IMG/VR virus record: IMGVR_UViG_3300013830_000002
Span: 102,779 to 166,778 of that record
Source of the DNA: a virus
Taxonomy: Duplodnaviria > Caudoviricetes
DNA length: 64,000 bases
Strand: one strand, 5' to 3'
Below the pieces are notes generated by a model. That model was not told the DNA's origin. It saw nothing but the letters and a program-made list of their open reading frames with translations, and made no database searches. A program made the translations under genes and the position numbers. Positions 45,568 to 53,870 of the stretch are shown piece by piece (position 1 is the stretch's first letter; each line of letters opens with the position of its first letter).

Positions 45568-46188
45568 CGTATTATTTTTTGTAAATTTGCAAACGTGGAA
45601 AAAAGTTCAATCAACACTCAAAAAATCTTTTGTATAAAAGGATTCATGTTTGAAGATAGAATTACTGAAGAAAAAACTGGAAATGAATTTAAGGTTCATG
45701 GCTGGTTTTTGGGAAAGCCTGTTAATGGATATTTCAATTTATCTGAAAATTCAGACGGAACGTATACTCTCCATAAGTATCTTCAGATTCCACCTTTGCA
45801 AACGTGAAGAAGTAAAGAAAATGCCATTTAAAAGGACAGCCAGAAGTCCTTGTAAAAATAAAACATGCACTGATGAGGCTGGCCAAAACTTTCTGTAGTT
45901 TTCCATAACCACAGAAAGTCTGCATAAATATCTTGCAGGAAACTGCAGGATTTTGTTCAGGAGAATAGCTTAATTCCTGAAACTATTGCGGATTAATTGT
46001 CATCAATATGTATAGACCTCATTATGCAGTCATTGAACTCTTCTCTGAAGAGCTCATTGGCTGCTATCGTAGCAAAAAAGAAGCTATGCAGGCAATCGAA
46101 GAAGCTGGTTCGTTGGAAGATTACCAGCTTTTTGAGTTAGTAAAGTGATAAATATCTTCCAAAAAACTCTCAAAAGATTAACAGAAAA

Positions 46189-46689
46189 ATGACAACGTTT
46201 ATAGTTGTAATCCTGACTCTTGCAACGATAGTTGTGATTGTCACAGTTGTTGCAGTTACTAAAAATCTGCAGAAGTCCAGAGAACTTCGTCATTCCTATG
46301 ACAAAATCTCACAGAAGCTTGCTTTCCTGAAAGACTGTCAGGGAGAGCTTGAAGCCATTCGTTACAAAGTAAACTTCGATGCTCTTATCAGCATTCACAA
46401 GGGCATGTTCTTCCATCACTGCCTGCCAGCAAAATGTGCTGCAGACCCATATGGAATGTATAGGGTAAAATCAATTGCTGACATAAGTAAGGACAACATC
46501 TACCTTGGTGGTATCTTTGGCTTGTTCACTCATACGATTTCCGAGTGGCAGTCAATCTGCAAGGAAGGCTCAGTGGAGCTGCATGAAGTATACAACCAGT
46601 ATTGGTGGCAGCTTCTCAGTAATGTTCGTGCTGATATTCATCGTCTTGAGATTGCTAAGTCAAACCTTGCCCATCGTTTAGGAAAGTAA
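46189..46689 (+). CDS. Membrane-anchored hypothetical protein (166 aa)
   Basis: N-terminal TM helix. Confidence 0.7.
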   Translation: MTTFIVVILTLATIVVIVTVVAVTKNLQKSRELRHSYDKISQKLAFLKDCQGELEAIRYKVNFDALISIHKGMFFHHCLPAKCAADPYGMYRVKSIADISKDNIYLGGIFGLFTHTISEWQSICKEGSVELHEVYNQYWWQLLSNVRADIHRLEIAKSNLAHRLGK

Positions 46690-46692
46690 GTC

Positions 46693-46878
46693 ATGAAAAA
46701 GTTCTTTAAACTTCTGGTGCTGTTTGCAATCATTGTATTCATCATCATCCAGCAAGTCTGCTGGGCATTCTCAGGAAACTACAACTTCGGATGTTTTGCA
46801 TGGCTTGCAGTGAACGTTATGTTTATTGTATTCCTTGTACAATATTTCAACGGAAATTTTGACAATGAGAAAGCATAA
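46693..46878 (+). CDS. Small two-TM membrane protein
   Basis: Two hydrophobic segments. Confidence 0.6.
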   Translation: MKKFFKLLVLFAIIVFIIIQQVCWAFSGNYNFGCFAWLAVNVMFIVFLVQYFNGNFDNEKA

Positions 46879-47024
46879 ATATATCATCAAATTCTGGCGT
46901 ATCTCTGATAATTCAGAGTACGTCAGGGTTTGTACCAGAACCTTCAAGTCTGTGCTTTGGTTCTGTGTGAAAGAATGTGTCAGAAAGCACAGCATAGTAG
47001 TATCATTCAAAAAATAAACAAAAA

Positions 47025-47303
47025 ATGCTGATTAGTAAGAAATTACACCACTATGTCAGAGTAGAGTACCTGAATGGTGACGGTGAGATGATTGGCTTCA
47101 ATGCATGTATTCTCAAGGCTGATAACAACAACGAGCTTAAACAGCTTATTGAGTTTTCTGTCAAGCAAGCCAAGAAAATTCCTGACTGTGAGGATGTTCG
47201 TGTCGTTTTTGTTGGGTCTGAAATACCTGACATTGACATTAACGAGATGAAAGAGATTTGCTTTGTGACATCTCTTTTAATCTCCAGCAGTCTCATGGAC
47301 TAA
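47025..47303 (+). CDS. Hypothetical protein (92 aa)
   Basis: Intact ORF with A-rich leader. Confidence 0.6.
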   Translation: MLISKKLHHYVRVEYLNGDGEMIGFNACILKADNNNELKQLIEFSVKQAKKIPDCEDVRVVFVGSEIPDIDINEMKEICFVTSLLISSSLMD

Positions 47304-47310
47304 AAATAAG

Positions 47311-47393
47311 CACTCTGCATAGTCAGTAGTACAGTTACTTCTGAATTGCTAATTTATATAAAATAAACTGTAGTACAACTTACTTGCAGAGTG
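47311..47393 (+). ncRNA. Scaffold ncRNA copy 1 (Y-RNA-like candidate)
   Basis: Outer stem CACTCTGCA/TGCAGAGTG; TAGTCAG..ACAGT-TACTTC..ACTGT. Confidence 0.6.
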
Positions 47394-47410
47394 TTTTCTA
47401 ATAGTAGTTT

Positions 47411-47523
47411 TTGACAATAAACGTGTGTACTCAAATTGTCAGTTACTTCAATAATGTTAGACAAAGTGAAATTCATACGATTAAATAAACTGGCTATTGG
47501 TTTAGTCACATGTTTATTGTCAA
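47411..47523 (+). ncRNA. Scaffold ncRNA copy 2
   Basis: 17-bp outer stem; CAGTTACTTC..AACTG. Confidence 0.55.
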
Positions 47524-47528
47524 TACCA

Positions 47529-47600
47529 GAGCAGGATTCCTGACGGTGAAGGTGCCAGTCTGCAAAACTGGATTTGTGAGTTCGACTCTCACCCTGTTCT
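47529..47600 (+). tRNA. tRNA-Cys(GCA)
   Basis: CCAGT-CTGCAAA-ACTGG; T arm GTGAG-TTCGACT-CTCAC. Confidence 0.8.
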
Positions 47601-47673
47601 CGAATGATTGATTTGAGAATAGTGAGCAAAGGTTTTCATGCTGTCTTTTCTATGTATTGCCAATAAAGACAGC

Positions 47674-47745
47674 CTCAGCTTGGAATAACGATAGTTCATG
47701 CACCTTTACAAGTGCAAGGTTATGGTTTGACTCCATAGGCTGAGT
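47674..47745 (+). tRNA. tRNA-like gene with 8-nt anticodon loop CUUUACAA
   Basis: Acceptor CTCAGCT/GGCTGAG; D stem GAAT/GTTC; anticodon stem TGCAC/GTGCA; T stem TATGG/CCATA. Confidence 0.65.
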
Positions 47746-47773
47746 TTTTTTGAAGATTTTTTTACCATAAGAT

Positions 47774-48307
47774 ATGGCATATAATACAAAAGTAAGTCTG
47801 AAGGTTGCTCTTCCAGGAAGAGTTCCGTTCAGCAAGCAGGAGTGCTTCGAAAACTCCATCATTGATTTCACAGGCAAGGAGCCTGCAGTTGTAGACCACA
47901 AGCCACTTGGTGAGCCCTTTGGCAGAGAGTACTTCGACAAGAAGGGAAACCTTCGTAAAGGTCTTGCTATCAGGGAAACTCCGATTCCTGGCATGACTGA
48001 CAAGCATTCAGTCCTCAAGGAGTACTTTGACAAGAAACTCCAGAAGAAAGTAACCAAAAAGGTAGTGTTTTTTACCCGCAAGTACCAGCCTGCATATCAG
48101 GTCATCCGCATCAGTCAGGAAGCATACGATGCCTTCATTGACAACGATGCCTGCCCTGTCTGGTACAGACCTGAAGGCCTGACTGTCAAGCAGACCACTG
48201 CCAGTTGGAAGCTGCTTTCTGACACTGAAAAGCTGGAAATTAATCTTCAGCGTCTTGCAGAAGGGCTTGGAGGTACTCTTGACAGCTACGAGATTCTGCC
48301 TGATTAA
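47774..48307 (+). CDS. Hypothetical protein (177 aa)
   Basis: Intact TAG-free ORF. Confidence 0.7.
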   Translation: MAYNTKVSLKVALPGRVPFSKQECFENSIIDFTGKEPAVVDHKPLGEPFGREYFDKKGNLRKGLAIRETPIPGMTDKHSVLKEYFDKKLQKKVTKKVVFFTRKYQPAYQVIRISQEAYDAFIDNDACPVWYRPEGLTVKQTTASWKLLSDTEKLEINLQRLAEGLGGTLDSYEILPD

Positions 48308-48476
48308 TTCTATCGTCCTAAGGACTTCATTATCTTGGATTGCAAGTAAGGTAATTTGATTGTTTTTAGGATGACTTTCAAAGGTCATTCTGATTGGATT
48401 AACATCCTTCAGGATGACCTTATTTTTTCCATGAACAAACAACTCGTTTAATTAAACAGATTAATACTCAGAAAAG

Positions 48477-48863
48477 ATGACTACAATTTTTCATTTTGAT
48501 GATTCTACAGCACCACTTCATCATGGTGCAGTGGTTACAGGAAGGCCAGACCTTTTCTATGTAACGAAAGAGCTTGGAAGGACACTCCCTGATGACATGC
48601 TTAGGGCAGCATTTGCCAGTGAGAAAATCAATGGCATGTGTGTGGTGAACAGAAACCAGACGATACATTATCTCCTACAGAAAGGGCATATTTTCACTAA
48701 ATCATCACAGGCCAAGTTCTCCGGCAATGTGTTTGAACTCACTGTAGAGAGTATTTCTGTTGAGCAGATAAAATATCTGATAGCATTAGGTCTGAAGGAC
48801 TTTAAAATCCTGCCAGACAATGACCACAGGATAAAGATAATAATAAATCTTGTAAACCTATAG
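48477..48863 (+). CDS. Hypothetical protein (128 aa if TAG is stop)
   Basis: ORF ending at TAG; true end uncertain. Confidence 0.55.
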   Translation: MTTIFHFDDSTAPLHHGAVVTGRPDLFYVTKELGRTLPDDMLRAAFASEKINGMCVVNRNQTIHYLLQKGHIFTKSSQAKFSGNVFELTVESISVEQIKYLIALGLKDFKILPDNDHRIKIIINLVNL

Positions 48864-49111
48864 GTGCTTATGGTGAACAATAGCAGCCATTTCTATAAAA
48901 AATATCAATGGAGAGTCATCGAAAGGTAGAAAGCACTATTAATAATACATAATTAAAAGTAACATAAAAGATGAAAAAGTTATCAGAAGTAAAGCTTCCT
49001 CAGGAAGTTATGGATGAGATTGCTAACAAGGTAAATTATACATCAGGCAATATCCTTCCTCCTGAATGCTACTACTACTAGAAAGTAAAAACTCCTAAAA
49101 GCAATAAAGCA

Positions 49112-49669
49112 ATGAACGAACAGGAATTAAGTAATTACATTATGGGCAATCATGTCAGAATTGATGAAAAGATTGCCCATATTGCACAGAAAAATTCAGG
49201 CAGGAAAGGAATGACTCCATTCACTCTTGCCTGTTATGTATGGCAGGCACTTCAGAACTTCAAGACAATGAGTGCTGAAAGTGTAATACTTACTGCAGTG
49301 AACAACTGGGATTCCCTGACCTGGAAAAATACAAATATTCCAATAGGTCTGTGGAATAGATTATTCAATGACTATCCTCTCAGTCCCGACAACTGGAGAC
49401 AGATAGCCTGCCCTCTGATGTTTGTTGAAGATATTGTGACATCAGTTACTGTTCCGAATAGAACAAAGCTCTGTCACTTTGCCTATATATCAACATCTTC
49501 TACACAGAAATATCCGCTTATCTGCACAGATACTGCCTACAGGAAAATAATATCAGGCAATGCATCAAAGCTCACTACATATATATATGGTGAAGCAGCA
49601 GGTAAACAGGATGCTCCTTATGAGCTTCTGAGACATGAAGCCATACGAATAGTTATGCCAATCCGATAA
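49112..49669 (+). CDS. Hypothetical protein (185 aa)
   Basis: Intact TAG-free ORF. Confidence 0.65.
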   Translation: MNEQELSNYIMGNHVRIDEKIAHIAQKNSGRKGMTPFTLACYVWQALQNFKTMSAESVILTAVNNWDSLTWKNTNIPIGLWNRLFNDYPLSPDNWRQIACPLMFVEDIVTSVTVPNRTKLCHFAYISTSSTQKYPLICTDTAYRKIISGNASKLTTYIYGEAAGKQDAPYELLRHEAIRIVMPIR

Positions 49670-49901
49670 AGAAATAAATAAATGGATAGTCAGATGAAAT
49701 ACAGATTGTGCGACACTACTGGTCATACAGTCAGATGCTTCCACACTTGGGTTGAAGCAAACAACTTCAGGATTCTGATGGGAAGATTTGACTGGACTAT
49801 ACAGTCAAGGATTGCCAATTTTGGACCAAGATATTGATTCTATAACGGTTTTAAACTGTTTAAGCAAAAAAATCATACCAATTTTTAAACTTTTTCACTC
49901 G

Positions 49902-49938
49902 AAAACCTTGGGTTTTTCTGTAGAATAAGTTATTATTG
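49902..49938 (+). promoter_or_regulatory. Promoter motif at the head of the tRNA array
   Basis: AAAACCTTGG-N19-TATTATTG about 60 nt before tRNA-Thr. Confidence 0.7.
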
Positions 49939-49999
49939 ACTATGTATTTGATGCAAAGATACTGCAGTTACAGTTATCAATAATGTTTCTGTAGTATTT

Positions 50000-50077
50000 G
50001 CCTCCTTAGCTCAGTTGGTTAGAGTACGTGATTTGTAATCTCGGGGGTTGTCAGTTCGAGTCTGATAGGAGGCTCCA
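50000..50077 (+). tRNA. tRNA-Thr(TGT)
   Basis: Cloverleaf with encoded CCA. Confidence 0.85.
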
Positions 50078-50082
50078 TGACA

Positions 50083-50184
50083 ATCAGGAAGTCAGTGTTT
50101 CAGTTACTTCACATTATAATGAAAATAATCCGCAGAAAATGATTCTGCAACCAGCATCAATACTGAACACAATTTTCTTCTGAT
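50083..50184 (+). ncRNA. Scaffold ncRNA copy 3
   Basis: ATCAGGAAG/CTTCTGAT stem; AGTCAG..TCAGT-TACTTC..ACTGA. Confidence 0.6.
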
Positions 50185-50257
50185 TTTACTGACTGTAGTA
50201 GCCTCTCCCAGTTAATCGATGCTGGTGATGCTCTGCAGTATTTTGACAATTTTAACA

Positions 50258-50395
50258 GGAAGAAAGTAGTCAGGCAAGTACAGTTACTTCGATTTTTTAG
50301 CTCATTGGATAGAATGTTAGTTTTGGGTACTAAAGGTAGCAAGTTCAAGTCTTGCAAGAATCAACATTACACTGTCAGCCGTTTTCTCTTTCTTT
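50258..50395 (+). ncRNA. Scaffold ncRNA copy 4 enclosing tRNA-Pro(TGG)-like cloverleaf (50291..50363)
   Basis: Scaffold motifs flank GATTTTT..TTAGT-TTTGGGT-ACTAA..GCAAG-TTCAAGT-CTTGC-AAGAATC. Confidence 0.7.
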
Positions 50396-50401
50396 TTGCT
50401 T

Positions 50402-50485
50402 GGGGATGTAAACCGTAATTGGTAGCGGGCGAAACTGTAAATTTCGTTTCTTCGGAATCTGTAGGTTCAAGTCCTACCAGCCCCA
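50402..50485 (+). tRNA. tRNA-Tyr(GTA)
   Basis: CGAAA-CTGTAAA-TTTCG; long variable arm. Confidence 0.85.
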
Positions 50486-50503
50486 CAAAAAACTTAAATG
50501 TTT

Positions 50504-50586
50504 CCAGTAGTCAGATATATCAGTTACTTCAAAATTTTATACATTGAAAATTATCTGAATCCAATACTGATTATCTTTTTCTCTGG
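50504..50586 (+). ncRNA. Scaffold ncRNA copy 5
   Basis: CCAG-TAGTCAG..ATCAGT-TACTTC..ACTGAT..TTTCT-CTGG. Confidence 0.65.
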
Positions 50587-50596
50587 TTTTTATTTT

Positions 50597-50671
50597 GGGC
50601 CAGTAGCTCAGCAGGCTAGAGCACCTGCCTTGCAAGCAGAAGGTTGTGGGTTCGAGACCCACCTGTGTCCA
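50597..50671 (+). tRNA. tRNA-Ala(TGC)
   Basis: Cloverleaf; loop CTTGCAA. Confidence 0.8.
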
Positions 50672-50727
50672 CTGTGGACAAAGGCGTATTATTTAAGTAT
50701 GTGGTCTGTGAAGATAGCATACTTTTT

Positions 50728-50801
50728 ATTCCCTTAGCTCAGTTGGTTAGAGCATTTGGCTTACATCCAAAAGATTGGCAGTTCAAATCTGTCAGGGAAT
50801 A
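50728..50801 (+). tRNA. tRNA-Val(TAC)
   Basis: TTTGG-CTTACAT-CCAAA. Confidence 0.85.
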
Positions 50802-50821
50802 CATACTTTTATTGAAAATAT

Positions 50822-50892
50822 GGTAGGCAGAGTGTGATGGTAGCATGTCATCCTGTCACGATGAAGGAGGGGTTCGATTCCCATGCTTACTG
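50822..50892 (+). tRNA. tRNA-Asp(GTC)
   Basis: TCATC-CTGTCAC-GATGA. Confidence 0.75.
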
Positions 50893-50902
50893 CAAAATAA
50901 AT

Positions 50903-50976
50903 CGTGGGTTAGACTGGAGGTGGTTCCAGCATGGTTTCATAAGCCATTGACACAGGTTCGACTCCTGTACCCGCAA
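50903..50976 (+). tRNA. tRNA-Met(CAT), C1:A72 initiator-like
   Basis: ATGGT-TTCATAA-GCCAT. Confidence 0.8.
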
Positions 50977-50982
50977 CAAATA

Positions 50983-51123
50983 AAATATTTGAGTAGTCAG
51001 ACTTATCAGTTACTTCGTAGCTTAAAGGTTAAGCAATTAACTTATAATTAATGTATTGTTGGTTCGATTCCAACCGACCACTCTTGTGGATTTTACTGAT
51101 TGTCAATTTCTCTCAAATATTTT
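50983..51123 (+). ncRNA. Scaffold ncRNA copy 6 enclosing tRNA-like D/anticodon(TAT)/T arms
   Basis: Outer stem AATATTTGAG/CTCAAATATT; cargo GCTT/AAGC, ATTAA-CTTATAA-TTAAT, GTTGG-TTCGATT-CCAAC; acceptor stem truncated. Confidence 0.7.
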
Positions 51124-51124
51124 T

Positions 51125-51195
51125 GGGTTCGTAGCTGGAAGGTCAAGCAATAGACTGTTAATCTATGGATGTAGGTTCGATTCCTACCGTTCCCG
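51125..51195 (+). tRNA. tRNA-Asn(GTT)
   Basis: ATAGA-CTGTTAA-TCTAT. Confidence 0.8.
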
Positions 51196-51250
51196 CTTAA
51201 TTCCCATCAGTCCCTGAAGTAATTCAAACTGGTGGGTATTGTATTAAAAT

Positions 51251-51388
51251 AATAAAGTGTAGTCAAGAAAACAGTTACTTCGATTCTGTTGTACAATAGG
51301 TTAGTACGATTTACTATGGGTAAATAAGTTACTGGTTCGAACCCAGTCAAAATCTTTTGATACTGTTTGCTAACTTTCTCACTTTATT
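51251..51388 (+). ncRNA. Scaffold ncRNA copy 7 enclosing tRNA-like cloverleaf with ATG anticodon (51282..51355)
   Basis: Outer stem AATAAAGTG/CACTTTATT; cargo ATTTA-CTATGGG-TAAAT, ACTGG-TTCGAAC-CCAGT. Confidence 0.7.
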
Positions 51389-51389
51389 T

Positions 51390-51460
51390 GGCCGTGTAGT
51401 TTAAAAGTAGAACATCAGATTTTCAGCCTGAGGACCTTGGAGCGTTACCAAGCTCGGCTA
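51390..51460 (+). tRNA. tRNA-Glu(TTC), atypical T loop
   Basis: TCAGA-TTTTCAG-CCTGA; T arm CTTGG-AGCGTTA-CCAAG. Confidence 0.65.
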
Positions 51461-51487
51461 CCTTTTAAAAGAAAAAAAAATAATAAA

Positions 51488-52201
51488 ATGAATGAGTTAA
51501 AAAATTATTACTAGAATTTAGTTAATACTTCTTAGTCTTTTTCTGAAATTTTAAGAAAACAGCATAAAGCAGTTTCAGGAGCATCTATCAAGCTATTAAA
51601 AATCACTTTAGATTCTTTAAATATTAACTATAGTCATATAAAATATAGACAGCCTGTAAGAAATAGGCGCCCATTATCCTAGATTTTAGTTGAAAATAGT
51701 GTATATAGTTCCAGAGACCTTAAAACACGCCTAATAGAGGCAGGTTTAAAAGTAAATAGATGTGAAATATGTGGCCAATCTCCAATATGAAATAATAAAA
51801 AGTTAACTTTACAACTTGACCATATTAATGGGAATCATTTTGATAATAGACTTCATAATTTAAGGATTGTTTGTCCGAATTGTCACAGCTAGTTAGAAAC
51901 TTAGGGAACTCATAGATTTAAAGTAATTAAAAGATGTCCAGATTGTGGAAAAATTATTACTAGTAAATCCACGTACTGCAGACAGTGTGCAGCTACACAT
52001 AGAAGAGGCAAAAAGTGGAGAAGCATTGTATCAAAATAGGAACTTCTTTAGTTAGTACTTACTTTGCCCTTTACAAAGATAGCTAAAAAATTCAATATTA
52101 CTGATAATGCAGTAAGAAAATATTGTAGAAAATTAGGAATTCCTTCTACTAAAACTGAATTATTCAAATATCGAAATAAGATGCAGTAGATAGCCACTTA
52201 A
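51488..52201 (+). pseudogene. Free-standing HNH endonuclease; TAG=Gln; in-frame TGA at 51788
   Basis: CEICG..*NNKKLTLQLDHINGNHFDNRLHNLRIVCPNCHS(Q); C-terminal Zn finger and HTH. Confidence 0.75.
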
Positions 52202-52239
52202 TAATAGATAAAAGTTTTTTGTTTTAAATTTGTATTTTT

Positions 52240-52581
52240 ATGAATGCAAAGAAGTTGTTTATAGGCTTTGTAACCCTGATTGTGGTTATTGTTCTGTGTG
52301 GTGCAATATTCGGCTGGGGCAAGCCTATGACTGAGGCATCAAGTAAGGATGTGGCTGCTGTGACAGCAGTTCTGCAGGACAGTGATTCACTGACTATTGA
52401 CAGTGTGAGGTTCTCACCACTGGAAGTAATTAATGATTCTGCTGGCAATTACTTTGATGTACAGACAGTCAAGTACAACACCATTTCCGATTCAGATACA
52501 ACTGCACATGTTGCTACTGTATATGTTGCAAGAAAATGGTGGAAATACCAACCTACTGGGAAAGTAAAGATTCTCAAGTAA
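52240..52581 (+). CDS. Membrane-anchored hypothetical protein (113 aa)
   Basis: N-terminal TM helix. Confidence 0.65.
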   Translation: MNAKKLFIGFVTLIVVIVLCGAIFGWGKPMTEASSKDVAAVTAVLQDSDSLTIDSVRFSPLEVINDSAGNYFDVQTVKYNTISDSDTTAHVATVYVARKWWKYQPTGKVKILK

Positions 52582-52633
52582 CGAATAACAACTTCTGAAG
52601 GAAAAGCATCAGTTCTTTCAGAAGTTTTTTAAT

Positions 52634-53344
52634 GCCCTTTTAGCTCTAGTAGAAATATTATTAGTATTATGATAAGTAAATGGGAAAAAGAAAAGAAAGC
52701 TTTAGAGTATAAAATTTTCACAGAAAAACTTTCTTATGAAGAAATAGGAAAATAGTATGGATGCTCTGGAAGTAATATAAAAAAGTAGCTAAAAAATTAG
52801 GAATTTAGTTAAAACCCAGGAGAAAAATTAGTAAATAGGAAATTAAAAAAATTTAGTTAAGAGCCGCTTCTTCACATATTGAACATATAAAATATAGTAA
52901 TTGTTTAAATTGTGGCAAAAAATTTGAGGTAATGCATTCTTGCCGAGGAAAGTTTTGCTGTAATAAATGTGCTTAGGAGTATAAATATAAACACAGCATA
53001 TTATTATGGAAATAGGGAAAGAAATCTGGAACTAATGGCTTTAACTGTGCTACTTATGTAAGAAGATACCTGTTTGAAAAATATCACAATAAATGCTAGA
53101 TATGTGGTTGGGGAAAAATTAATAAATATACTGGAAAAATTCCTCTTCAAGTGCATCATATAGACGGAAATTGTTTAAATAATAAAGAGAATAATCTTAT
53201 GTTATTATGTCCCAACTGTCACTCTCTTACAGAAAATTTTGGAAGTAGAAATAAAAATGGTTTGCACCTGAGAAGTATTTACTATGGAAGAGCTAAAGTA
53301 AAGCAGTAAACTCTAGGTCACAGGTTCGAGTCCTGTAAGGGGTA
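52634..53344 (+). tRNA. Interrupted/degenerate tRNA gene (identity unknown) with HNH ORF inside
   Basis: 5' GCCCTTT-TA-GCTC pairs with distal AAGGGGT-A after an intact T arm at ~53320. Confidence 0.6.
52669..53309 (+). CDS. HNH endonuclease; TAG=Gln; needs a -1 shift at A-AAA-AAG (~52779)
   Basis: HTH start, CLNCG..FCCNKC, C(Q)ICGW..LQVHHIDGNCLNNKENNLMLLCPNCHSLT. Confidence 0.7.
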
Positions 53345-53353
53345 CAATTTTTT

Positions 53354-53444
53354 GGAGGAATAACCCTAATCGTGTAAGGGAACAGTCCTGAAAACTGTCA
53401 GTAGCCAGTAAAATGGTGTGTGGGTTCGAATCCCACTTCCTCCA
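53354..53444 (+). tRNA. tRNA-Ser(TGA)
   Basis: ACAGT-CCTGAAA-ACTGT; long variable arm. Confidence 0.8.
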
Positions 53445-53583
53445 CTGCAAACAAATAACATTATTAATAAAAAATAATTAAATTTACGGACACAAAAGAT
53501 GCTGCATCTTATCTTGCCCACCTTCTGAAAGATGCTCAGAAACTGTCTGAGAAGTTGCAATAAATTAGATAAACTTTTAATGT

Positions 53584-53657
53584 TGGAGTGTAGCGCAGCG
53601 GTCTAACGCAATAGACTTTGACTCTATGAATCGCAGGTTCGAATCCTGTCACTCCGA
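53584..53657 (+). tRNA. tRNA-Gln(TTG)
   Basis: ATAGA-CTTTGAC-TCTAT. Confidence 0.85.
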
Positions 53658-53729
53658 CAAATTAAAAAATATGGTTTACCCTACCATAGTAAAGAAGTCA
53701 AAAAGTTACTTGGTATACAATAACTAAAT

Positions 53730-53810
53730 TGGTCGGTATGCAAGTGGTCAAAGCAGGCAGTCTCCAAAACTGCTCCGAAAGGTTCACAGGTTCGAATCCT
53801 GTCCGGTCTG
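53730..53810 (+). tRNA. tRNA-Trp(CCA) with long variable arm
   Basis: GCAGT-CTCCAAA-ACTGC; variable arm TCCGAAAGGTTC. Confidence 0.75.
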
Positions 53811-53870
53811 CAAAAATGTATAATGAAATATGCTTAGATTTGTTTAATTTAATTAATACTCATTTGCTCT

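Noticed and set aside
51788-51790. Genome-wide TGA=Trp recoding
   Set aside because: TGA terminates MCP, portal and other genes; Trp is TGG elsewhere; no UCA tRNA seen
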